Source: an uncultured delta proteobacterium (GTDB lineage: Bacteria; Desulfobacterota; Desulfomonilia; UBA1062). Taken from it: a stretch of 64,000 bases of DNA. The stretch lies in contig CAWAUM010000005.1 in assembly GCA_963785235.1 (NCBI GenBank), positions 1 to 64,000 on the forward strand, read 5' to 3'. Below the pieces are notes generated by a model. It had not been told where the DNA came from. It saw only the letters and a list, made by a program, of their open reading frames with translations, and did not search any database. A program made the position numbers and the translations under genes. Each line of letters begins with the position of its first letter. The stretch's first letter is position 1. Positions 38,701 to 49,240 of this stretch are shown piece after piece.

Positions 38701-38838
38701 GAGTCCCCCAAGGCCAGGATGCCCGAGCTCAAGAAGTCAGAGCGCATGATCAGCTTCAAAGAGGTGGAACTGGGTTATTCCAAGAAGACTGCCTACAAAG
38801 AGGCCTGCAGGTGCCTGCGCTGCGATGCAGAGCTCTAG
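35796..38838 (+). CDS. hydB: NuoF/HydB-like FMN/NADH subunit fused to a GltD/NfnB-like FAD/NADP(H) module (indel near 38650)
   Basis: HydB part: CGGTGC..GCNGFC, GLRGRGGGGFP, NADEGDPGAFMDR, GGPSGG, SCGKCTPCREG. Fused part: PCQHACP, CGRVCPQFC..C, GAGPAG, GGGNSAID, YRR, AGD. The tail EACRCLRCD is in ORF 38536-38838. Confidence 0.9.
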
Positions 38839-38862
38839 GGTCAGACAACAGGAGAGACAGCA

Positions 38863-40620
38863 ATGGTTAATCTGACGATTGACAACATAAAGGTTAACGT
38901 GAATGAGGGCAGTACCATTTTAGAGGCTGCCAAGACCGCGGGCATCAATATCCCCACGTTGTGCGCCTGGACCGAAATCGGCCATACACCGGGCGCCTGC
39001 CGTGTCTGCCTGTGCGAGGTGGAAGGCCAGAGAAATCTGGTTGCTTCGTGCGTGTTCCCGGTTGCAGAAGGCATGATTGTGAAGACCACCACCGAGCGAG
39101 TAAGGCACGCCCGGAAGCTCAATGTGGAGCTGCTCCTGGCGAACCACCCCACGGACTGCAACGTATGCATCCGTAACGGCAGCTGCGAACTCCAGGTGGT
39201 GGCGGATTCCGTGGGCTTAAGAAGTGTCCGTTTCGATTATCCTGTAACCAAGGAAAAACACATCGACAATTCAAGCCCCTCCATTGTCCGAGACTCAACC
39301 AAATGCATCAAGTGCTACCGCTGCGTGACCGTGTGCGAAGAGATCCAGACCGCCTGTGTCCTGCAGCCTGCCCACAGGGGCGACAAGGTATTCATCGGTC
39401 CTCCCTTCGATATGCCTCTTATGGAGACCAACTGCACCATGTGCGGCCAGTGTGTGCTGGCTTGCCCGGTGGGTGCACTCTATGAGAAGGACGATACCGA
39501 AGCGGTCTGGGCTGCCCTGCAGGACCCCACCAAACACGTGGTCGTCCAGGAGGCCCCGGCCATCCGCGCCGCACTTGGCGAGGATCTCGGCATGCCCGTG
39601 GGATCACTGGTCACAGGGAAAATGCTCACAGCGCTCAGGCGTCTGGGGTTCGATAAGATATTCGACACAAACTTCACGGCCGACCTCACCATCATCGAGG
39701 AAGGCAACGAGCTGTTGCAGCGGGTGAAAGAGGGCGGCAAGCTGCCCATGATCACCTCGTGCTCGCCTGGCTGGATCAAGTTCTGCGAGCACTTCTATCC
39801 GGACCTGTTAGACAACCTGTCCACCTGCAAGTCGCCCCAGCAGATGATGGGCGCGCTCATCAAGTCATACTACGCACAGCAGTCGGGGATTGATCCCAAG
39901 GACATCGTGTCGGTCTCCATCATGCCGTGCACGGCAAAGAAATTCGAATGCCAGCGCGACGAGATGAATGACAGCGGGTATCAGGACGTTGACATCGTGC
40001 TCACTACCCGTGAGCTCTCCCGCATGATCAAGCAGGCAGGCATCGACTTCGCAAATCTGCCGGACAGCGATTACGACAACCCGCTCGGCGAGTATACCGG
40101 TGCGGCGACTATCTTCGGTGCCACAGGCGGTGTTATGGAGGCGGCATTGAGGACCGTGTACGCGGTCGTCACCGGTACCAACCTCGAGAGCCTCGATGTC
40201 ACCCCGGTGCGCGGCCTGGAAGGCGTGAAGGAAGCCACTGTGGAAGTGGGTGGGCTGGGCAAGGTAAAGGTTGCCGTTGCGCATGGGCTCAGCAATGCAC
40301 GCAAGCTCATGGACAAGATCCGCGATGGATCTGCAGACTACGCCTTCATCGAGGTCATGTGCTGCCCTGGCGGCTGCGTGTCCGGAGGTGGACAGCCCAT
40401 CGCACCGAGCAATGAGAAGAGGATCACCAGGGCTGCCGCCCTGTACAAGGACGACGGTTCAGTGCAGAAATTCCGCCAGTCTCACGAGAACCCATCGGTC
40501 AAGAAGATTTACGAGATCTTCCTGGAGAAACCCCTGGGCCACAAATCCCATGAGCTGCTGCACACCCATTATATAAAACGCGGGACCAGCATGCCTCACA
40601 AAAAACAGGGAGTGAAGTAA
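38863..40620 (+). CDS. hydA: [FeFe]-hydrogenase catalytic subunit, group A3
   Basis: N-terminal 2Fe-2S, His-ligated 4Fe-4S and 2x4Fe-4S. H-cluster motifs TSCSPGW, MPCTAKKFE and EVMCCPGGCVSGGGQP; small-subunit tail HELLHT. Confidence 0.96.
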   Translation: MVNLTIDNIKVNVNEGSTILEAAKTAGINIPTLCAWTEIGHTPGACRVCLCEVEGQRNLVASCVFPVAEGMIVKTTTERVRHARKLNVELLLANHPTDCNVCIRNGSCELQVVADSVGLRSVRFDYPVTKEKHIDNSSPSIVRDSTKCIKCYRCVTVCEEIQTACVLQPAHRGDKVFIGPPFDMPLMETNCTMCGQCVLACPVGALYEKDDTEAVWAALQDPTKHVVVQEAPAIRAALGEDLGMPVGSLVTGKMLTALRRLGFDKIFDTNFTADLTIIEEGNELLQRVKEGGKLPMITSCSPGWIKFCEHFYPDLLDNLSTCKSPQQMMGALIKSYYAQQSGIDPKDIVSVSIMPCTAKKFECQRDEMNDSGYQDVDIVLTTRELSRMIKQAGIDFANLPDSDYDNPLGEYTGAATIFGATGGVMEAALRTVYAVVTGTNLESLDVTPVRGLEGVKEATVEVGGLGKVKVAVAHGLSNARKLMDKIRDGSADYAFIEVMCCPGGCVSGGGQPIAPSNEKRITRAAALYKDDGSVQKFRQSHENPSVKKIYEIFLEKPLGHKSHELLHTHYIKRGTSMPHKKQGVK

Positions 40621-40700
40621 GAGACAAATACAAAAACAACCATTAAGCGGCCTGCGAGGGAGGTTGAAGGACTGACCTTGAGGGTAATAAAGGACTTGTC

Positions 40701-40740
40701 AAAGGGCCTTTACCCATCAAAAGCGGGTAAAGGCCCGTTT
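40701..40740 (+). terminator. Hairpin after hydA
   Basis: GGGCCTTTACCC-N9-GGGTAAAGGCCC. Confidence 0.6.
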
Positions 40741-40761
40741 ATTCATTCTGGGAGAAGACAC

Positions 40762-41019
40762 ATGGAAGAAAAATCTCGAAGAATCGGGGTGGTAAGCATT
40801 ATCATCCATAATAGAAAAGAATCGGCCATGAGGGTCAATGAAATAATTACCCACTATGGCGAAAGTATTATAGGCCGCATGGGTATTCCTTATGAACCGA
40901 AAGGGATAAATATTATTGCGCTCATCATCCACGGCACCACGGACGACATCGGCGCACTTACCGGAAAGCTCGGCTCTTTACCGGATGTAGAAGTCAAGTC
41001 CGTGCTCACAAAGGCTTAA
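40762..41019 (+). CDS. TM1266-family iron-only hydrogenase system regulator
   Basis: RIGVVSIII..IIGRMGIPY..IGALTGKLGSL; directly upstream of hydG. Confidence 0.88.
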   Translation: MEEKSRRIGVVSIIIHNRKESAMRVNEIITHYGESIIGRMGIPYEPKGINIIALIIHGTTDDIGALTGKLGSLPDVEVKSVLTKA

Positions 41020-41030
41020 AGGAGAGAACC

Positions 41031-42426
41031 ATGCAGGACTTCATCAACGATACACTCATTCAAGAAACTCTTGCTCATGCTAAGAACCCGGAGAAAAGCA
41101 GGGTCCTCACGATTATCGAAAAGGCAAAGGGGCTTCATGGACTTATCTCTAAAGGAAGCGGCAGTGTTACTCCAGTGTGAGGACCATGATCTCATTGACG
41201 AGATCTTTGCTGCCGCCAGGTTTATCAAGCAGGGCATCTATGGCAACCGCCTTGTGCTCTTCGCCCCTTTGTACATCTCCAACTACTGCTCCAACAACTG
41301 CCTGTACTGCGGTTTCAGGAGAGACAACAAGGAACTGAAGCGGAAAGCCCTTACCATGGAAGAGATTGCCGACGAGGTAAGGATGCTGGAGCGGGAGGGG
41401 CACAAAAGGCTGCTCATGCTCTGCGGAGAGAACCACAAAAAGAGTTCCATGGATTACTTCATCGAGGCCATAGAGACGGCCTATGCCACCACAACGGAGC
41501 ATGGCGGAGAGATACGGCGCATCAACGTGGAGATAGCCCCCCAGAGCGTTGAAGACTTCCGACGGCTCAAGGCGGCAAGGATCGGCACCTATGTGCTCTT
41601 CCAGGAGACCTACCATCATGCAACGTATAAAGAGATGCACCCGAGCGGGCCCAAGGCCGACTTTGCCTGGAGGGTCACCGCCCAGGACAGGGCCATGGAA
41701 GGCGGCATCAATGACGTGGGCATCGGGGCGCTCTTCGGTTTATATGACTACAAGTATGAGGTCATGGGCCTGCTGCACCACGCCATGCACCTTGAGGAGG
41801 TCTATGGTGTCGGACCTCACACCATATCCATACCAAGGCTGGAGCCTGCATTGAATGCACCTGCCGCCATCAAGCCCCCCAGGCCGGTTTCCGACGATGA
41901 GTTCAAGAAGCTGGTGGCGGTCATTAGGCTCGCAGTCCCGTACACCGGCATGATCCTTTCCACCAGGGAGCGTCCCGAACTCAGGGGCGAGGTGTTCGAC
42001 CTGGGGATATCCCAGATCAGCGCCGGCTCCCGCACCAATCCCGGAGGTTACAAGGAAGATGACGGTGAAGGCTTCAGGGCGGCCCAGTTCAACCTGGGCG
42101 ACACAAGGACCTTGGATGAGGTGATCCATGACATCACCACCAAGGGACATATCCCGAGCTTCTGCACTGCCTGCTACCGGCTCGGCAGGGTAGGTGCCGA
42201 CTTCATGGATATGGCCAAGCCGGGGCTTATCCAGAAGTTTTGCCGGACAAACGCCATACTGACTTTCAAGGAATATCTCGAAGACTACGCCTCGGAGCAC
42301 ACAAAAGAGGCCGGTATTCAGCTCATCGAACAACTCCTGGCGGAGACCAAAGATGCCAAGGTGAAGGATCTGCTTGAAGACCGATTGAAAAAGATTGAAC
42401 ATGGAATGCATGACCTGTACATCTGA
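41031..42426 (+). CDS. hydG: H-cluster radical SAM maturase HydG (indel near 41140)
   Basis: FAPLYISNYCSNNCLYCGF, FQETYH and PSFCTACYR..FC motifs. Confidence 0.95.
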
Positions 42427-43468
42427 GTCTGCTTCAGGGTTGATCCTTCGGGCCGAGCAGGGTCTTGATTTGAGCCGTGGATGAGATCATACAGCTCCTG
42501 TCGCTTGACAACCCCTGCCGATATGGAGGGGCTGTTCCAGGCTGCTGACCGTGTCCGCAAAGAATGCGTGGGCGATGAGATCTTCCTGCGCGGCATCATC
42601 GAATTCTCCAATTACTGCAGGAACAACTGCCTGTACTGCGGACTCAGGCGCGACAACCTCCTGGCGCAGCGGTACCGCATGGAAGATAATGAGATTGTTG
42701 GCCTGGCAAAGGCCATCCAATCCAGGGCATGCAGCACCGTGGTGCTGCAGTCGGGAGAAGACCCAATCTATACCAGGGAGCGTATGCGCCGGATCATCGA
42801 GAACATCAAGGATGAGACCGGGCTTGCCATCACACTGTCCATAGGCCAGAGGCCCTATGAAGACTACAGGGCCTTCCGGGAGGCAGGGGCGGACCGCTAC
42901 CTGCTCCGGCACGAGACAGCCAACCCGGACCTCTACGAGAAACTTTGTCCAGGCAGGACCCTCAACGAAAGGACTCAGTGCCTGAAGTGGCTTAAAGAGC
43001 TGGATTACGAGGTGGGTATGGGATGCATGGTGGGACTGCCGGACCAGACGGTGGAAGACCTTGCAGATGATGTGCTCCTCATCAAAGAGATCGGGGCGGA
43101 CATGGTCGGCATCGGTCCCTTCATCCCCCATGTGCAGACTCCGCTCAATGATCATTCGCCGGGCGATGCCTTACTTGTACTGAAGATGCTGGCCATTATC
43201 CGCCTGGTGACCCGGGACACCAACATCCCGTCAACTACTGCGCTTGGGCGTGCTGGATCAGGCAAGCAGAAAAAAGGCATTTGAGGCAGGCGCGAACATT
43301 TTCATGCCTGTCTTCACACCCCAGGACTATGCCAGGCGCTATGATATCTATCCCGGCAAAGGCAATGTGAAAAAGGCGGACGGGGCTATCCTGGATTTCA
43401 AGGCCTTCTTCGACTCCATTGGAAGGCCCATAGGGGAAAGGACCCGGGAGCGGGAAGGCAGGATATGA
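42410..43468 (+). CDS. hydE: H-cluster radical SAM maturase HydE (indels near 42480-42515 and 43245)
   Basis: RGIIEFSNYCRNNCLYCGL, LQSGED, RYLLRHET, GIGPFIPH, PSTTAL, GANIFMP and YDIYPGK. Confidence 0.92.
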
Positions 43469-44892
43469 AATCATAGAGGAAAGAGACTGACGATCTCGGC
43501 TTCGGCGAATTTTGAGATAACGCGAAGAGAGAAGATCATCGGCACTTGAGATACAAGGCTGTAGGCATACCGCCCGTGCACTGGATAATTTCGGTGACAT
43601 GGGAGAACGGCACGACCCGCTCTTTGTGAAGGCCTATCTGCTGGTTAAAAAGGCAGCCGCCCTGGTGAACACAGAGCTGGGATATCTTGAAAAAGAAAAG
43701 GCCCAGGCTATCATCGAGGCCATAGATAAAATGCTTGCCGGAGAGCACTTTGAAGACATTGTGATAAGTCCCTTGAGCGGCGGGGCAGGGACATCGCTGA
43801 ACATGAATGTGAACGAGGTCATTGCCAACAAGGCCCTTGAGCTTGTGGGGAGACCCAAGGGCGATTATGCATACATCCATCCCCTTGACCATGTAAACAT
43901 GCACCAGTCCACCAACGACACCTACCCATCGGCGCTCAAGGTGGCCATGCTCATGCATCTGGACAAGATGGAAGGGCTTCTTGTCAGGTTGCAGGAGGCC
44001 CTCCAGGAAAAGGAGAGGGAATATGCCGGCATCCTCAAGCTGGGCCGTACCGAACTCGCCGATGCACTGCCCATTACGGTGGGCATGCAGTTCGCTGCCT
44101 ATGCCGAGGCCATAGCCCGGGACAGGTGGAGGATCTTCAAGGCGCGCGAGCGCATCAAGGTGCTTAATCTAGGGGGCACAGCCATCGGCACCGGCTTCAA
44201 TGCGCCCCAGAAGTACATCTTTCTCGTGATCGAGAGGCTCAAGGAACTCACCGGACTTGCCATCACCCGCTCCGAGAACATGGTGGACGCCACCCAGAAC
44301 CTGGATGCCATCGTGGAGGTGTCGGGCCTGGTGAAAACCTGTGCAGTGAACCTGATGAAGATATCCGAGGACCTCAGGCTCCTGGCTTCAGGCCCGTCAG
44401 GGGGGATCGGAGAGGTGATCCTTCCTCCCGTGCAGGAAGGGTCTTCCATCATGCCGGGCAAGGTGAACCCGGTCATATGCGAGTTCACCACCCAGATCAG
44501 CCTTCTTGTAATTGCCAATGACAATACCATTGCCCAGGCGGCGGCGCTGGGCAACCTCGAGCTGAACCAGTTTTTTCCCCTGGTATCTTATCTTATGCTC
44601 AAATCCATGTCGCTGCTGAGTCTTGCCCTGATCAAGTTTGAGGAAAAGGTGATCAAGGGATTAACGCTGAACAGGGAGAAGATCGATGCGAACCTGACCA
44701 ACTCGCTGGCCATCCTGACCTATCTCTCCCAGTACATCGGCCATGACGCGGCATCACGTATCTATCAGATCGTGAGGCATGACAAGAGGACACTCAAAGA
44801 GATCATCATTGACGAGAAGATCCTGACCGGGCAGGAGTTTGATGAACTTGTCTCTGCCCGAGAGGATCCGTATGATGGGGTACAAGAAATGA
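43465..44892 (+). CDS. aspA: Aspartate ammonia-lyase family (5' end corrupted; indel near the 3' end)
   Basis: GAGTSLNMNVNEVIAN, QSTNDTYP and GSSIMPGKVNP. The stop overlaps the hydF start (ATGA at 44889). Confidence 0.85.
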
Positions 44893-46110
44893 ACACCACA
44901 CCGATAGCCAACAGGCTGCACATAGGCATCTTCGGAAGACGTAACACGGGCAAGTCGTCCTTCATCAATGCCCTGACCGGGCAGAGCGTGTCCATCGTAT
45001 CGCCAGTGGCAGGCACTACCACCGATCCGGTGGGTAAGGCCATGGAGATCAATGGCATCGGGCCTGTCTATATCTACGATACCGCCGGCATCGACGACAC
45101 CGGAGACCTTGGAGACATGCGGGTGGACCGCACCAAGGCCATTATGGCCAAGATCAACCTTGCCGTGGTGGTGAGCACCTTTGCAGACTATGGCGAGGCC
45201 GACAAGGCCCTTCTTGATGAGCTCAAGGTGCGTGGCGCCAAGACGCTCCTCGTATTCAACAAGATCGATCTGTTCCCTGTAGATACAAAGGTCACATCAC
45301 GGCTGGATGAGGCCAGCATCCCATTTGCGGCCGTGTGCTGCCTGACCGGAGAGAACATAGGCCAGGCCCGTGAGCGCATCGTGGAGATCGCAAAGACCCT
45401 GGAGGCAGAGCGTTCCACCATCGTGGGCGACATCATCAGCCACGGAGAGATCGTACTCCTGGTGGTGCCCATAGACCTGGGCGCTCCCAAGGGCAGGCTC
45501 ATCCTCCCGCAGGTTCAGGTCATCAGGGACATCCTGGACAACGACGCAGCCGCTGTTACGGTCAAGGAGCGCGAGATCGAATACGTGCTGAGCAGCCTCA
45601 AGACCCCTCCGGGCCTCGTGATCTGCGATTCCCAGGTGGTCCTGAAGGTGGCGGGTGATCTGCCGCCGTCCTCCAAACTCACCACCTTTTCCATCCTGTT
45701 CTCCAGGCTCAAGGGCGATCTGGCTACATTCGTACAAGGGCGTGAGGGCCATCGAAACCCTCAAAGACGGTGACAGGGTGCTCATCTGTGAGGCGTGCAC
45801 CCACCACCCCCTGCCGGATGACATCGGCCGGGTCAAGATCCCCAGGTGGGTAAAGTCCTATACCGGCAAGGATATCACCTTCGACGTCCATGCAGGATCG
45901 ATCCTGGACAGGGACATCCGTGATTACCGGCTCATCATCCAGTGCGGCGGGTGCATGATCAACCGCAAGGAGATGCTGGGAAGGATACAGGAGGCCGGCG
46001 AAAGGGCAGTTCCCATCACCAACTATGGGGTTGCCATATCCTATGTGCACGGGGTGTTGAAGAAGGCATTGTCGCCATTTCCTTATGAGCAGAGTCTATT
46101 GGATGACTGA
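44889..46110 (+). CDS. hydF: H-cluster maturation GTPase HydF (indel near 45740)
   Basis: GRRNTGKSS, GTTTDPV, DTAG, NKID, PKGRLILPQ, EACTHH, CGGCM and TNYG motifs. Confidence 0.93.
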
Positions 46111-46175
46111 TGATTTGAGTATACGTATCGTTCTTACATCCTTTTTACGCACAATAGGTATTCCCTGATAAGATA

Positions 46176-46197
46176 ATTTGTGGTAGTTACCATAAAT
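46176..46197. promoter_or_regulatory. Candidate operator upstream of the cytoplasmic FDH
   Basis: ATTTGTGGTA-GT-TACCATAAAT, 9/10 inverted repeat. Confidence 0.4.
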
Positions 46198-46344
46198 CGA
46201 TATTAAATATAGATGGTTATATAAGCACATACAAGCATAATAGATTATGAAAAACCTAATTTATTCAATAAACCCGGAATCACTGAACCCTTTTCTCAAC
46301 TTTTCAGACTGCAAGGGCTGATTCCGGATACCAGGAGGATATTA

Positions 46345-49032
46345 ATGACGATCACGATTGATGGTAAGGAATGTGAGTTCAACCCGGGGCAGACGGTCTA
46401 CGAAGTTGCCAGGGACAATGGTATAACTATCCCGGTGCTCTGCCACCAGGAACAGCTCAAGCCCGTGGGTGCATGCCGGGTCTGCGTGGTAGAGGTCCAG
46501 GGGGCACGCTCGCTGGTGGCGTCCTGCGCCATGCCGGCGGAAAAGGGCATGATCGTGACCACAAACTCCGAGCGGGTTCTGGCTGCACGCAAACTCACTG
46601 TGGAACTGCTCCTCACCCAGGGGCACCATAACTGCCTGGTGTGCGAGAGCAATGGAGACTGCGTGCTCCAGAGTCTGGCCTATTCCCTGGGCATCGACAC
46701 CCCGCGTTTCCCGGAACCCACAGAGTTCAAACCCCTGGAGCAGGCCAACGAGATGATCGTGCGCGACATGAACAAGTGCATTCTGTGCGGTCTGTGCGTG
46801 CGGGCCTGTAATGAGATCCAGGTGAACCAGGTGCTCGATTACATCGGGCGCGGCCCCACTGCCAGTGTCGGTCCTGCCTTCGGTACCACCTATGAGAATT
46901 CCACATGTGTTTTTTGCGGCGAATGCGTCCGTCTCTGTCCTGTGGGTGCCCTTTATGAAAAGCAGGGCCGCTTCAAGAGCAGGGCAGGCGAGGCCAGGAA
47001 GGTCCGCACCACCTGTGAATACTGCGGTGTTGGTTGCCAGCTTGAGCTCAATGTCAAGGACGGCAAAGTAGTCAAAGTCACCACCCCGCGCTGGAATGCC
47101 TCGGCGCCCAACCGTGGCAGCCTGTGCATCAAGGGCCGCTTCGGGTACGACTTCCTCGATCACCCGGACCGTCTCACAAAACCCTTGATCAGGGTTGACG
47201 GCGAACTCAAGGAAGCGAGCTGGGACGAAGCGATTTCGTACATTTCAGATAAGCTTGCCGCGATCAAAGAAAAGCATGGTCCGGATGCCGTTGCCGGTTT
47301 TGCATCGGCCCGGTGCACCAATGAAGAGAACTACCTCTTCCAGAAGTTTTTGCGCGCGGTGATCGGCACCAACAACGTGGATCACTGCGCCCGGCTCTGA
47401 CACAGCTCCACCGTGGCCGGTCTGGCCACTGCATTCGGTTCCGGGGCAATGACGAACTCCATAGCCGATATGGAGGAATCCAAGTGCTTCCTCATCACCG
47501 GCACCAACACCACGGAAAACCACCCGGTGATCTCCACCTTTATCAAGCGTGCAGTCACCCAGCGTGGCGCCAAGCTCATCCTGGCTGATCCGCGGAACAT
47601 CGATCTCGCAAAGTTTGCTACTGTCTGGCTCCGCCAGACGCCGGGCACCGATATCGCCTGGATCAACGGCATCATGAACGTGATCATCAGCGAAGATCTT
47701 CATAACAAGGAATTCATAGCCGAGCGCACCGAGAACTTTGATGCCCTCAAGGATACGGTGAAAAAGTATACCCCTGAATATGTGGAAAAGATAACCGGTG
47801 TCCCTGCTGAAGAGCTCAAGAAGGCGGCGCGTCTCTATGCCACATCAGGCGCGTCGTCCATTGTCTATGCCATGGGCATCACCCAGCACATCACGGGCAC
47901 TGACAATGTGAAGTCTCTTGCAAATCTGGCCATGCTCACAGGCAACATCGGCAGGCCGGGTACCGGTGTGAATCCGCTGCGCGGACAGAACAACGTGCAG
48001 GGCGCCTGCGACATGGCGTGCCTGCCGGGCAACCTTCCGGCTTACAAGCGTGTGGCCGAAGACGCCGAACGCAAGCCCTTCGAGGATGCCTGGGGCGTGA
48101 AGCTGCCCAACAAGCCGGGCCTCACCATACCCAAGATCATCGACGGCGCCGCGGGTGGTACTATCAAGGCCCTGTACGTCATGGGCGAGAACCCCATGAT
48201 GTCCGATCCGGATACCGCCCATGTGGAGAAGGCACTGAAGAACCTGGAGTTGTTCATTGTCCAGGACATCTTCCGCAACGAAACCGCCGATCTCGCCCAT
48301 GTGGTGCTGCCGAGCTCGGCCTGGGCCGAAAAAGAGGGCACCTTCACCAACACCGAACGCTGTGTCCAGCGGATCCGCAAGGCCGTTGACGCACCGGGCG
48401 AGGCAAAGGATGACTGGCAGATAATCTCCATGATCGCAAACAAACTCGGCGCAAGCTGGAACTATGAGAATGCAAAGTCCGTCATGGAGGAGATCAGCAA
48501 GGTCACTGCCTCTTATGCAGGCATCACCTATGACCGCATCGAATGGAAGGGCCTCCAGTGGCCGTGCCCCAACACGGAGCATCCAGGCACCCCTATCCTG
48601 CACACCCATGCCTTTACAAGGGGAAAGGGGCTCTTTACCGTGTGCGAGCACATCCCTGCTGCCGAACAGACCGATGCCGAATATCCGTTGATTCTCACCA
48701 CGGGCCGCATCCTCTACCAGTACCACACCGCCACCATGAGCCGCCGCTCCAAGGGACTGGTTTCAAGGACACCCGAGGCCTTTGTGGAGATCAACACGGC
48801 AGATGCGAAGAGACTCGGGATCTCTCAGGGACAGAAGGTGGAGATCACAAGCCGCAGGGGCAGCATAGAGGTTGCAGCTGTGGTTTCAAACAGGACCGAC
48901 ACGGGGGTGGTCTTCATCCCGTTCCATTATGCAGAGGCCTCGGTGAACAGGCTCACCAACAAGGCCATTGACCCTGTGGCCAACATCCCTGAGTACAAGG
49001 TGTGTGCGGTGAAGTTGCGGAAAGTGGCCTGA
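46345..49032 (+). CDS. fdhF: Cytoplasmic selenocysteine formate dehydrogenase alpha subunit with NuoG/HydA-like N-terminal Fe-S module; Sec at TGA 47398-47400
   Basis: In-frame readthrough DHCARL-U-HSSTVAGL joins ORFs 46345-47400 and 47413-49032. CEYCGVGC, PLRGQNNVQG and PEYKVCAV motifs; no Tat signal. Confidence 0.95.
47401..47430 (+). promoter_or_regulatory. Bacterial SECIS element
   Basis: GTGGCC-GGTCT-GGCCAC hairpin 12 nt after the UGA. Confidence 0.85.
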
Positions 49033-49057
49033 AACGTAGCACAGTGGTGAAAAATGG

Positions 49058-49094
49058 AACCCCTCCCCTTGAGATACCAGGGGGAGGGGTTTTT
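49058..49094 (+). terminator. Intrinsic terminator
   Basis: AACCCCTCCCC..GGGGAGGGGTT followed by T's. Confidence 0.8.
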
Positions 49095-49240
49095 GATTGC
49101 GCTGTTTTTATCTTATTGAGCTGTTGCCAACATTTAATGAGATAAGGTATTGATAGATTGGAGCAAGATGGTGTATGACCGTCTGCGGGTTATCAGTATA
49201 AAATATATTTAATAAGTATACCTAAAGGGGAGGGGTCTTT

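Noticed and set aside
38536-38838. Separate small ORF ending in CRCLRC between hydB and hydA
   Set aside because: It is the frameshifted C-terminal tail typical of GltD-like proteins and belongs to the HydB fusion.
43599-45773. Apparent 724-aa AspA-HydF fusion in the ORF track
   Set aside because: An alternative frame gives a natural AspA end (ERIRMMGYKK*) whose stop overlaps the hydF ATG (ATGA at 44889). One indel explains the fusion in an assembly full of indels.
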